This document shows positions 1 to 8,500 of a DNA stretch of 31,395 bases, in pieces. Numbering within the stretch: position 1 is the stretch's first letter; every line of letters begins with the position of its first letter. Below the pieces are notes generated by a model. The model ran no database searches and was not told where the DNA came from. It saw only the letters and a program-made list of their open reading frames with translations. Where the stretch lies: positions 1 to 31,395 of IMG/VR virus record IMGVR_UViG_3300045424_000079. The stretch is one strand, 5' to 3'. Source of the stretch: a virus (taxonomy: Duplodnaviria; Caudoviricetes). Both the position numbers and the translations under genes were made by a program.

Positions 1-710
1 TGGACTGGGAGCTTTCAACAGAGTCTCTAGAAGACAACATTGAAGGTGCAGATCTAGAAGATCACATTGCACGTATGATGGCAACACAGGCAGGAAATGA
101 CATCGAAGATGTTATTCTTAACGGTGACGCATCAAACACAGCTGACGCACTATACAAGTCTTTTGACGGTGTAGTTAAGAAGGCAAAGACAAGCGGTCAC
201 GTTGTCGATGCTGCAGGTGCTGCAGTTTCTCGTGCAGTATTTAACTCAGCTCTTAAGGCTCTTCCACGTAAGTACAAGCAACGTCGTACAGACCTTCGCT
301 TCCTTGCAGGATCAAACTTGATCCAAGATTACCTATACTCAACATCAACAAACATTCAGAACGTTAACCCACAGGACATTGCTTCAGGCATCATCCGTGG
401 AGATGTTCCAGTTCTTGGTGGTCCAGCAGGTTATGTCGCTCCATACGCATTTGGTATTCCAATCGTTGAAGTTCCATTGCTTCCTGAGACACAGACAGGT
501 ACATACGCAAGCCCATCAGGTTCACACGGAGATATCCACTTGACATTCCCAAATAACGTTGTTATTGGTATCAAGCGTGATGTTACTGTTTACCGCTTCT
601 TCTGGCCACGTAAGGACTCAATCGAGTACACAATGTATACTCGTGTTGGTGTTCAAATCGAGCAGGCAGACGCTTGGGTAGTTGTAAAGAACGTTAAGGT
701 TGCTTCTTAA
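1..710 (+). CDS. Major capsid protein (HK97 fold), 5'-truncated
   Basis: Frame is open from the window start (DWELSTESLEDNIEGADLEDHIARMMATQAGNDIED...NGD). Contains FGIPIVEVP and the C-terminal YTMYTRVGVQIEQADAWVVVKNV typical of HK97-fold MCPs. Followed by a terminator. Confidence 0.9.
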   Translation, partial: DWELSTESLEDNIEGADLEDHIARMMATQAGNDIEDVILNGDASNTADALYKSFDGVVKKAKTSGHVVDAAGAAVSRAVFNSALKALPRKYKQRRTDLRFLAGSNLIQDYLYSTSTNIQNVNPQDIASGIIRGDVPVLGGPAGYVAPYAFGIPIVEVPLLPETQTGTYASPSGSHGDIHLTFPNNVVIGIKRDVTVYRFFWPRKDSIEYTMYTRVGVQIEQADAWVVVKNVKVAS

Positions 711-731
711 TTAATTAAGAATTAAGCTACA

Positions 732-763
732 GAAAGGCCCCCAATTAATTTTGGGGGCTTTTC
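732..763 (+). terminator. Intrinsic terminator after capsid gene
   Basis: GAAAGGCCCCCAA-TTAATT-TTGGGGGCTTTTC hairpin with T-tract. Confidence 0.85.
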
Positions 764-787
764 ATTTAAATTTAACAATGCTATAAT
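759..787 (+). promoter_or_regulatory. Sigma70-type promoter with extended -10
   Basis: TTTTCA (759-764), 17 bp, TATAAT (782-787) preceded by TGn; AAGGAG RBS before ATG 818. Confidence 0.65.
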
Positions 788-817
788 TAAAGGACCTAGA
801 AAAAGGAGAAATAAAAT

Positions 818-1210
818 ATGTCGTTTGACACATTAAAGGTGGCTGAATTAAAAGTAATTGCAACAGATTTTGCAGTTGATACAGAAGGCCTAAAGAATAA
901 AAAAGACATTATTGCAGCTCTAGCAGAAGAAGGCGTGACTTGGAGCGTATACCAAAGCACAGTAGATGCAATTGAGAAGGACACAGAAGAAATTGAAATT
1001 CTTCCAAAGTTTGACCCAAAGGCACAGTCTGAGGATACGATCCTAGTTAGAATGACAAGAGATAACATGAGGTATGATATTCATGGCAGAACTTTTACAA
1101 AGGACCATCCTTTTGTGGCAATGCCAGAAGAAGATGCTCAAAAAATCTTTGACACAGAGGAGGGTTTTCGTTTAGCGACACCAAAGGAAGTCCAGGACTT
1201 CTACAACTAA
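818..1210 (+). CDS. Hypothetical head-associated protein, N-terminal Rho-N/HeH-like helix pair
   Basis: 130 aa with strong RBS. The N-terminus LKVAELKVIA...KKDIIAAL matches the Rho-N-like pattern. Lies between MCP and adaptor. Confidence 0.6.
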   Translation: MSFDTLKVAELKVIATDFAVDTEGLKNKKDIIAALAEEGVTWSVYQSTVDAIEKDTEEIEILPKFDPKAQSEDTILVRMTRDNMRYDIHGRTFTKDHPFVAMPEEDAQKIFDTEEGFRLATPKEVQDFYN

Positions 1211-1226
1211 ACGTTAACATAAGTTA

Positions 1227-2213
1227 ATGGCAGAAATATATAAAGATCAAACTTCGCCCATAAAAACAAAAATATTTTGGGGCGGGGAACTAGTAGATGC
1301 AGATGATGATGTTATAGCAGTAGTATATGATATTACTGAGGATAATACCATATCCCCAACAGTCAATCCAAATATACCAGTTGGTACATTTACTGCTACA
1401 AAACTAGAAACCGATATGGGAACATACCAGGTCGTTTTGCCATTAGCCCTATGCAGAAGAAATAGAAAATTTAAAGTAGAGTGGCGGTATGAGGTTGCTG
1501 GAAATCAAGCATCACATATATATTTCACAGATGTGGTAACCCCCTACGCAAATCTTTCAGACATAATTGATGATTTAAATTTTGGCACAGACCCATCTGA
1601 TCCTAATTATAAATCGTATCACGAGCTACAGATGGCTGAAAAGTATGCAAGAAAACTTATTGAGATTTATACAAATCAAGTCTTTCATCTATACGATGAC
1701 AGACAGATTGTGTATGGGTCAGGTTCTGATATTTTGCCAATGCCATTTAAAATGAATCAAATTCATGAGTTGTACGAGAATGATATTTTGCTAGTAGATA
1801 ATATAAACAATATAAGCAATTGGATGTATGCTCCAATGATTTCTGAATCTGGATTTGGAATCAGAGTCAATAGACAGCAACTTATGGATAACATGATATA
1901 CACATCTAACGGAATGATCCCTCCAACAATTAACGATCAGGGATTTTCTGGAGCATTTAAAAAAGACTACAGATATTCAGTGCAGGGAAGATTTGGATGG
2001 TCATCGGTACCAGACAATGTAGAAGAAGCATGTATCATATTAATTAAGCAGTTCTTCGATAAAGATCGTGCATGGAAAGATAAGTATGTAAAGAATATAA
2101 GTACATTCGACTGGAAGTTTGAGTTCATGGAAGATGCACATAGAGGAACTGGAAACCTATACGCTGACCAGCTACTTTCTCCATATGTATTAAATGGAAT
2201 GGTAGCATTCTAA
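1227..2213 (+). CDS. Head-to-tail adaptor protein
   Basis: 328 aa. C-terminal G.FGWSSVPDNVEEACIILI...TGNLYADQLLSPY resembles gp6/gp15-like adaptors; fits synteny. Confidence 0.7.
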   Translation: MAEIYKDQTSPIKTKIFWGGELVDADDDVIAVVYDITEDNTISPTVNPNIPVGTFTATKLETDMGTYQVVLPLALCRRNRKFKVEWRYEVAGNQASHIYFTDVVTPYANLSDIIDDLNFGTDPSDPNYKSYHELQMAEKYARKLIEIYTNQVFHLYDDRQIVYGSGSDILPMPFKMNQIHELYENDILLVDNINNISNWMYAPMISESGFGIRVNRQQLMDNMIYTSNGMIPPTINDQGFSGAFKKDYRYSVQGRFGWSSVPDNVEEACIILIKQFFDKDRAWKDKYVKNISTFDWKFEFMEDAHRGTGNLYADQLLSPYVLNGMVAF

Positions 2214-2639
2214 ATGAGCCTGGCAAATTCATTAATGCCAATGAAGCTAGACATCTATCTTCAATTAGACACTCAGGATGAAAATACTGGTGCTATAAAA
2301 AAGGAATGGGTCTATACAAGGACTGTCCCTTGCTCAGCTAAAGGCATAGTCTCTAACTCTGGCTCTGGAAGAAGCGGAGACAAACAAACATTTAATAATA
2401 AATACACAAATGAACAAATGCTTGAAATTAGAACTCCAGAGCAAATAACGTATAGAGAAAAAATTAGTAATATAAGAGATATGGCTGGGAATATTGTTTG
2501 GAAAGAAATTAACTATCCAAATAATACATCTACTGTATTTGAGGTTATAAGCTCTACCCCGATTACCGATCCATTTGGTAATGTTCTTGCATACAACTCT
2601 GTTGCAAAGAGATCGGAGAATCAGGAAATTGGATTCTAG
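2214..2639 (+). CDS. Head-to-tail stopper / head closure protein
   Basis: 141 aa, beta-rich (QDENTGAIKKEW...FEVISSTP); directly abuts the adaptor. Confidence 0.6.
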   Translation: MSLANSLMPMKLDIYLQLDTQDENTGAIKKEWVYTRTVPCSAKGIVSNSGSGRSGDKQTFNNKYTNEQMLEIRTPEQITYREKISNIRDMAGNIVWKEINYPNNTSTVFEVISSTPITDPFGNVLAYNSVAKRSENQEIGF

Positions 2640-3417
2640 CGTAGCCTTAATTCAAACAGCAAGCGGCCTAGAAAGACTAATGGCAGGCTCAGCCCCAGGA
2701 ATTCTCAGAGACAGTACTGTGGCACAAATATCTGCATTCCTATATTACGAAGCAGCAGTAATATCTAAATTAACTACAAACGAATCATTTAAGAATTTGT
2801 TTAAAACAACTATCTTTAATCAGATAGAAAAAGATTTTGGGCTATACATGGATTCACAGGCAAGAACAAAGCCTAGATCATTACACCATGTTTATGAATG
2901 GAATAAAACAGGCACACCGTCCTCTAGACTATTTAAACTTTATACAATTGAAACAGACGGACTTTCATTTAGAATTAACTATAACTTTAAGCCATCAGTT
3001 TCATCCGTACCAACTAAAAATAAAAAACAAAAGAAAAAATATGTATTTGCAAACAAGGCAGACGTGATGGAAGCTGGAATGCCCATAGTAATCCGCCCAA
3101 GGTCCGCTGAGCGACTTGTATTCGAGATGGATGGTGAAACAGTCTTTATGCCCAAAGGCACGTCAGTGACCGTTAAGAAGCCTGGTGGAGCCCAAGCCTC
3201 ACACCAGTTTGCATTGTCGTATGGAAGATTTTTTGGAGGTCAATTAGTTAATGCTTCGATGAAATCATCTGGGCTACAAAGAATATTTAATTCAAAAATA
3301 GCAAAGGCGCTTCATGTTCCAATGAATATTAAAAAGGTGCAATATAGCTTCACCCCTGGTAAAATAAGGGTACAGGCAGACGCATCATTACATGCAGCAT
3401 TTGGAGGCTCACTATGA
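2629..3417 (+). CDS. Putative neck/tail-completion protein
   Basis: ORF track starts at 2575. TTG at 2629 after GGAGAATCAGGA is the more likely start. Function from synteny only. Confidence 0.5.
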   Translation: MDSSVALIQTASGLERLMAGSAPGILRDSTVAQISAFLYYEAAVISKLTTNESFKNLFKTTIFNQIEKDFGLYMDSQARTKPRSLHHVYEWNKTGTPSSRLFKLYTIETDGLSFRINYNFKPSVSSVPTKNKKQKKKYVFANKADVMEAGMPIVIRPRSAERLVFEMDGETVFMPKGTSVTVKKPGGAQASHQFALSYGRFFGGQLVNASMKSSGLQRIFNSKIAKALHVPMNIKKVQYSFTPGKIRVQADASLHAAFGGSL

Positions 3418-3923
3418 CCGTAGATTATAAAGTAGACGCAATGTTTGAGCTCCGTAAATTTTTATGGAAAGAATTAAAAGCGGCTGGTATATTTGATGCC
3501 TACGATTATTATTCAGATAACCTGGGTACAGAAATTATACCTATTATCCCAGTACAGCAATCCCCAGAAATGGATCAATTTTTAAATGGCAAGAAGCATA
3601 TTGTCTATGACAAGATAGGACTTTCATTTGAAGACATCTGGCTATTGGCCTGCGAGAAAATTCTTTTTACCATATATTCGACAGATGTCACAGAAATCTA
3701 TGAAATAAGAAACCTCATGATGGACCTATTCAGAAGAATGGACGAATCGGCCCAAGATGTAAATAACTCAATTGGGCCAAGTAAACTAAAATTCCATAGT
3801 ATTCATGTTATAGAAACATCACCCATAGAGCCCTCCCTAGAATTAAAGGGCTTCATGTCAACAGATGTGATACTAGAGGCCAAATATTCCAGGGTAACCG
3901 ATAAGGCTGGAAGATACCTATAA
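3414..3923 (+). CDS. Putative tail terminator protein
   Basis: 169 aa, ATGA overlap with the upstream gene, immediately before the major tail protein. Confidence 0.6.
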   Translation: MTVDYKVDAMFELRKFLWKELKAAGIFDAYDYYSDNLGTEIIPIIPVQQSPEMDQFLNGKKHIVYDKIGLSFEDIWLLACEKILFTIYSTDVTEIYEIRNLMMDLFRRMDESAQDVNNSIGPSKLKFHSIHVIETSPIEPSLELKGFMSTDVILEAKYSRVTDKAGRYL

Positions 3924-3924
3924 T

Positions 3925-3953
3925 TTGCTTTTAGTCTAGTTGTCCAGTAAAAT
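3925..3953 (+). promoter_or_regulatory. Sigma70-type promoter for major tail gene
   Basis: TTGCTT (3925-3930), 17 bp, TAAAAT (3948-3953). Confidence 0.55.
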
Positions 3954-4038
3954 TAGCTAAGAGGAAAAAGCCTAGCCAGCTTTGATTTAGATTAAAACGT
4001 AAGTCAATATATATATTTATTTAATGGAGGTAATACAA

Positions 4039-4731
4039 ATGGCATCAGCCAAAAATATTCTAGTTGGAGCTTCTCCACTATTCTTGTCAGCACTTGATTC
4101 AACATCAGCAAACTACAAGGATGACATGGAGCCAGGTTCAACCGATGGTGTAAGCTTTGTTACAAAGAACCCAGCAGCAACACCAGCAGTACCAGCAACA
4201 GTACCATACGCAGACACACTTAACTTGGTAGCAAACCAAGCAAAGTGGAGAAACGTTGGATTCACAAATAACGGTCTTCAAATTACTTATAACCCATCAT
4301 ACGGTTCAGTAACAGTAGATCAGCTTCTTGACTCAGCAAAGCTTTTCAAAGAGTCAATGGAAGTTATGATTGCAACAGAGCTTGCAGAAGGTACTCTTGA
4401 GAACGTTCTTGCAGTATTCGGACAGGCTGGATCAGCAGCAACAACAGGAACAACAGACTCAAAGACATCTACAATTGGTCTAGAGGCAGGAGCTCTTGGT
4501 ATTGCACCAACAGAGCGTCAGCTAGTAGCAGTTGGACAGGCACCTACAGAAGGCGTAACAAAGGCAGAGCGTGTATATTATGCTCGTCGTGTTCTTTCTG
4601 TACAACAGTCACAGTTCTCACTATCACGTAACGCAGCAACAACATTCCCAGTAACCTTCCGTTTGCTTCCAGTAGAAGCAAAGCAAGGCAAGGAATACGG
4701 CGTTATTGTTGACCGTGTCCTAGTAGCATAA
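4039..4731 (+). CDS. Major tail (tube) protein
   Basis: ATG 4039 follows GGAGG (4026-4030). WRNVGFTNNGLQITYNP..V.VDQ...TELAEGTLEN matches siphovirus tube proteins. Followed by a terminator. Confidence 0.85.
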   Translation: MASAKNILVGASPLFLSALDSTSANYKDDMEPGSTDGVSFVTKNPAATPAVPATVPYADTLNLVANQAKWRNVGFTNNGLQITYNPSYGSVTVDQLLDSAKLFKESMEVMIATELAEGTLENVLAVFGQAGSAATTGTTDSKTSTIGLEAGALGIAPTERQLVAVGQAPTEGVTKAERVYYARRVLSVQQSQFSLSRNAATTFPVTFRLLPVEAKQGKEYGVIVDRVLVA

Positions 4732-4746
4732 TTAATTAATTTAATT

Positions 4747-4784
4747 AATAGAATGCCCCCTAAGAAATTAGGGGGTTTTCTATT
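4747..4784 (+). terminator. Intrinsic terminator after major tail gene
   Basis: AATAGAATGCCCCCTAA-GAAA-TTAGGGGGTTTTCTATT hairpin. Confidence 0.85.
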
Positions 4785-4811
4785 GCTCTTGTATTTTGGA
4801 TATGATACAAT
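4783..4811 (+). promoter_or_regulatory. Sigma70-type promoter with extended -10
   Basis: TTGCTC (4783-4788), 17 bp, TACAAT (4806-4811) preceded by TGn; GGAGGA RBS before TTG 4841. Confidence 0.65.
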
Positions 4812-4840
4812 AATTAAGACAAGATCCTAGGAGGATTAAA

Positions 4841-5173
4841 TTGGCAACTACAGTATACGACGTTGAAGAGATTCAACTACAAAATGGCGCAACAGTTAAA
4901 CTTAAGCCTTTAACAATTAAAGAGCTTCGCAAGTTTATGATAGTCATTCAAAAGACAGCAGAAGTAACATCAGAAGACGAAACACTAACAATTTTAATTG
5001 AAGCATGTGCAGTGGCTTTAGAAAAGCAGCTACCAGAGCTAGTTAAAGATATCGACGCATTTGAAGACACACTTGACGTTCCAACAATCAATCGCATTCT
5101 CGAAGTATGCGGAGGAATTAAGATGGACGACCCAAACCTTCTAGCGGCAACGGTACTGGCTGGGCAGAACTAG
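4841..5173 (+). CDS. Tail assembly chaperone (short form, gpG-like)
   Basis: 110 aa, TTG start with GGAGGA RBS, between MTP and TMP. Confidence 0.85.
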   Translation: MATTVYDVEEIQLQNGATVKLKPLTIKELRKFMIVIQKTAEVTSEDETLTILIEACAVALEKQLPELVKDIDAFEDTLDVPTINRILEVCGGIKMDDPNLLAATVLAGQN

Positions 5174-5505
5174 ATTTAGCCGCATTAGAAGGGGAAGTCT
5201 TTCTTCTAGGTAATTGGAAAAATTACGAAGAGTTAGAAGATAGTCTTTCAATGCCAGAGATGGTCCAGACCTTTAAATCAATGCAAAAAACTGAAGAAGA
5301 GAAAAGAAAATTCTTAGCTTTAATTCAGGGTGTTGAACTAAATGGAAGCAGTAATGAAAATGAGGAGGGATCAACCTTCGAAGATGTTAAAAGAAGAGCA
5401 CTTGGTATAAATGCATCAGCAGATGATGTTGTTTCATTACAAGGTGGTTTTGCAGCAGAAGCTGGATTTGGCATCGGAGCAGGATTAGGATACTCTATAG
5501 AGTAA
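4841..5505 (+). CDS. Tail assembly chaperone, -1 frameshifted long form (gpGT-like, about 221 aa)
   Basis: The -1 frame is open 5122-5505 (..PSSGNGTGWAELDLAALEGEVFLLGNWKNYEELEDSLSMPE..). Slippery C CCA AAC at 5131-5137 is in the correct register. Confidence 0.85.
5131..5137 (+). other. Programmed -1 ribosomal frameshift heptamer CCCAAAC
   Basis: X XXY YYZ in frame (GAC CCA AAC), between the -1 frame stop (5119-5121) and the 0-frame stop (5171-5173). Confidence 0.8.
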
Positions 5506-5514
5506 CATATATAT

Positions 5515-8500
5515 ATGGCAGATAATATAATAACGACCAATATTACCGCCCACGCAGACTTCACGAGCTTAAGAGCTCAACTAGCTGCGGTCACTGCCCA
5601 ACTCATAAAACTGCAAGAAACAACAGCGGGAACAAACGCAAAGCTAGCAAATCAAATTGCTGTAATGAACAAGTCGTTTGCAACAACGCTGACATCAACA
5701 GGACAGTTCTCGCAACACTTTGTATCCCTATCATCAGACGTAGACAAGTTCGGCAAGAACTTAGATAGAGGCCGTCTCAAGCTCAACGATTATTATAATG
5801 CTTGGAACGGCCATACAAGGAAAACAAGTACTTTAATTAGAGACCTGGCCAAGCAGCAAGTAATGCTTCAGCAAGCCATAGTTCAGCCTGTAGGCAAAAA
5901 TGCACAAGGACAAATGCAATATAATGTTATGGTTGCAAAAGGTCTTGATGAAATAAAGAATAAGATGGCTATTGCTAGACAAGAAGCTGCAATAATGAAC
6001 AAGGTAATGCTTGACGGATCAAACCAGCTTATTAACTGGGGTAAGAATACACAGTGGGCTGGTCGCCAACTAACAGTAGGATTAACAGTTCCTTTAGTTA
6101 TGTTTGGTTCGGCAGCACAAAAAGCATTTAGAGAAGCAGACGCAGAATTAGTAAGACTAACAAAAGTTTATGGTGGACTCGCAGCAACTTCATCTGCAGA
6201 CTTAGCACGAGTAAGAAAAGATGTCACCGACACAGCAAGAGAAATTGCTAGCTCTTATGGAGTTGCTTATAAAGAAACAATTGCGCTTGCCGCAGACTTA
6301 GCAGCAACTGGACAGCAAGGCAACGACTTGATAGCAGCAACACAACAAACAACAAGACTTGCAGTGCTTGGTGAAGTTGACAGACAAGATGCAATGAAAG
6401 CAACTCTTGCTATTCAAAATGCATTTAAGCAAAGTACAGACGAGCTCGCACAATCTATTGACTTCCTAAACGCAGTTGAAAACCAGACATCAACAAACCT
6501 TGCAGATTTAACTGAAGCTATTCCAAAAGCAGGACCCGTAATTAAATCTTTAGGTGGAGATGTAAAAGACTTAGCTCTTTATTTAACTGCGATGAAAGAA
6601 GGTGGAGTAAATGCTGCTGAAGGCGCAAACGCAATCAAATCAGCAATGGCATCACTTATTAATCCAACAAAAGTTGCAACAGAACAATTTGCAGGATTCG
6701 GAATTGATTTAAAAGGTATTGTGAATGACAATGCTGGAGACTTAACTGCAACAATATTAGAATTACAAGGAGCTCTAGATAAACTTAATCCGTTAGATAA
6801 GTCTAGAGCAATTGAGCAGCTATTTGGAAAATTCCAGTTTGCAAGAATGTCGGCCTTATTTGAAAACCTAGGAAAGTCTGGTTCACAGACACTTCAAGTT
6901 ATGGATTTAATGAAGGCAAGCGTGACAGACCTTGCAGCAATTTCAGAGCGAGAATTAAAGATGATGACAGAGTCAGCATCTGGGCAATTTAAAAGAGCCT
7001 GGGCCGCAGTTCAAGCAGATCTAGCTGCTGCTGGTGAGCAATTTTTAAGAATAAGTACAACGGTGTTAAAAGTTGTTGACTCAATAATAAGATTCTTCCA
7101 AAAGCTTCCTGAGCCAGTTAAAACATTATTGAATGTTTTAGGAGGATTTACAGCAATTGCTGGTCCTCTTATTATGTTGGCTGGTGTCATGGGCAACTTT
7201 ATTGGCTATGTCATCAAGGGAATATTTCATTTAAGACAACTAGCAAAAGGTGGACAAGGCTTCAAGTTACTAACACCAGAAATTATAGCCGCAGATGCAG
7301 CCGCTAAAGGTCTTGCAACATCATTCTACTCAGATACAGAAGCAACAATTGTTTTATCAAATGCGGTTAATACCCTAGCTGAATCATTTAAGAATTTAGA
7401 AATAAAAGCCAATGCAGCAAAAGTTTCCGTGCAGCCAGCAGTGTCAACAGTAGCAGGCGGAGTAATTATGGCAGCAGGGCCTGCTGGAAGAGTTGTAGAT
7501 AAAGATAACCCATTAGTTGGTAGACCATATTCAAGAGACATGTCGCATTTAATCCCATCTGGAAATCCACAAGATGGAACAATATTTGGAACTGTCCCAG
7601 GAGCAAAGCCAGTAAATATAAGAGTCGGTAGAAACCCACAGGCTTATATGGATGCCGATCTTCCAAAGATACCTGGACTGACATCAATAGGAGGAACATC
7701 CACAGGAATTGTTGCAGCAGAAGCTGCAAAATGGCATGCAATGACAGCAGCCATCTCCATGCAGTCAGAGGCAGAGCTTAAACTATTAAAGGCAGAAGTA
7801 ATGGCAACAGGAACCGTTACATCAAGCCTATCCGATTCCTATCAAGCATTATTGCCAGAGTTTAGCCAAATAACAGATCTTGCAGCAAAAGAAACTGCAG
7901 CAATCGTGCAGCAAGTTCAAGCAAGCAAGATAACAGTAGAACAAGCTAGAGCAAGAATTATTTCATTAAATGCAACGGTAGAAGCAATGCTTGCAGAAAC
8001 AACAAGACTAACTGCAGCAGGCATGGGCAGAACAGCAAATCTAACAACAGTCCCACTAACTTCTCAGCCAGTAGTAGATCCAGTTACAGGAAAATCTAAT
8101 ATGAAAGAAATGTTTCATAAAGGACCTACAAAAGCAATGGTTGATAGAATTGCAAGAGCTCTTGGCGGAGTAAGAACATCTGGTGCGGGATACAATATTG
8201 AAACAACAAAGCCAAAGTTTGCAAAGGGAGGCTTTGTTCCAGGAACTGGTAACACAGACACATATCACACTACAGCAGAGCCTGGCTCATTTGTAATTAA
8301 TAAAGCTGCAACCGAAAAACATCTTCCATTAATAACAAATATACTTGGAGGAAAATCTTATTATGCACAAGAAGGCGGACAGGTCCCAGTTGTATTAACC
8401 CCTGGAGAAGCCGTTATTCCAGCCAGCTTTGCTAAAAGGAATATGCCTTTAATGTATGAGTTAAATGGCGGACCTGGAAATACATCTGGAAGCGGAATGC

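Noticed and set aside
5251-5505. 84-aa ORF as an independent gene
   Set aside because: No clear RBS; better explained as the C-terminal part of the frameshifted chaperone.
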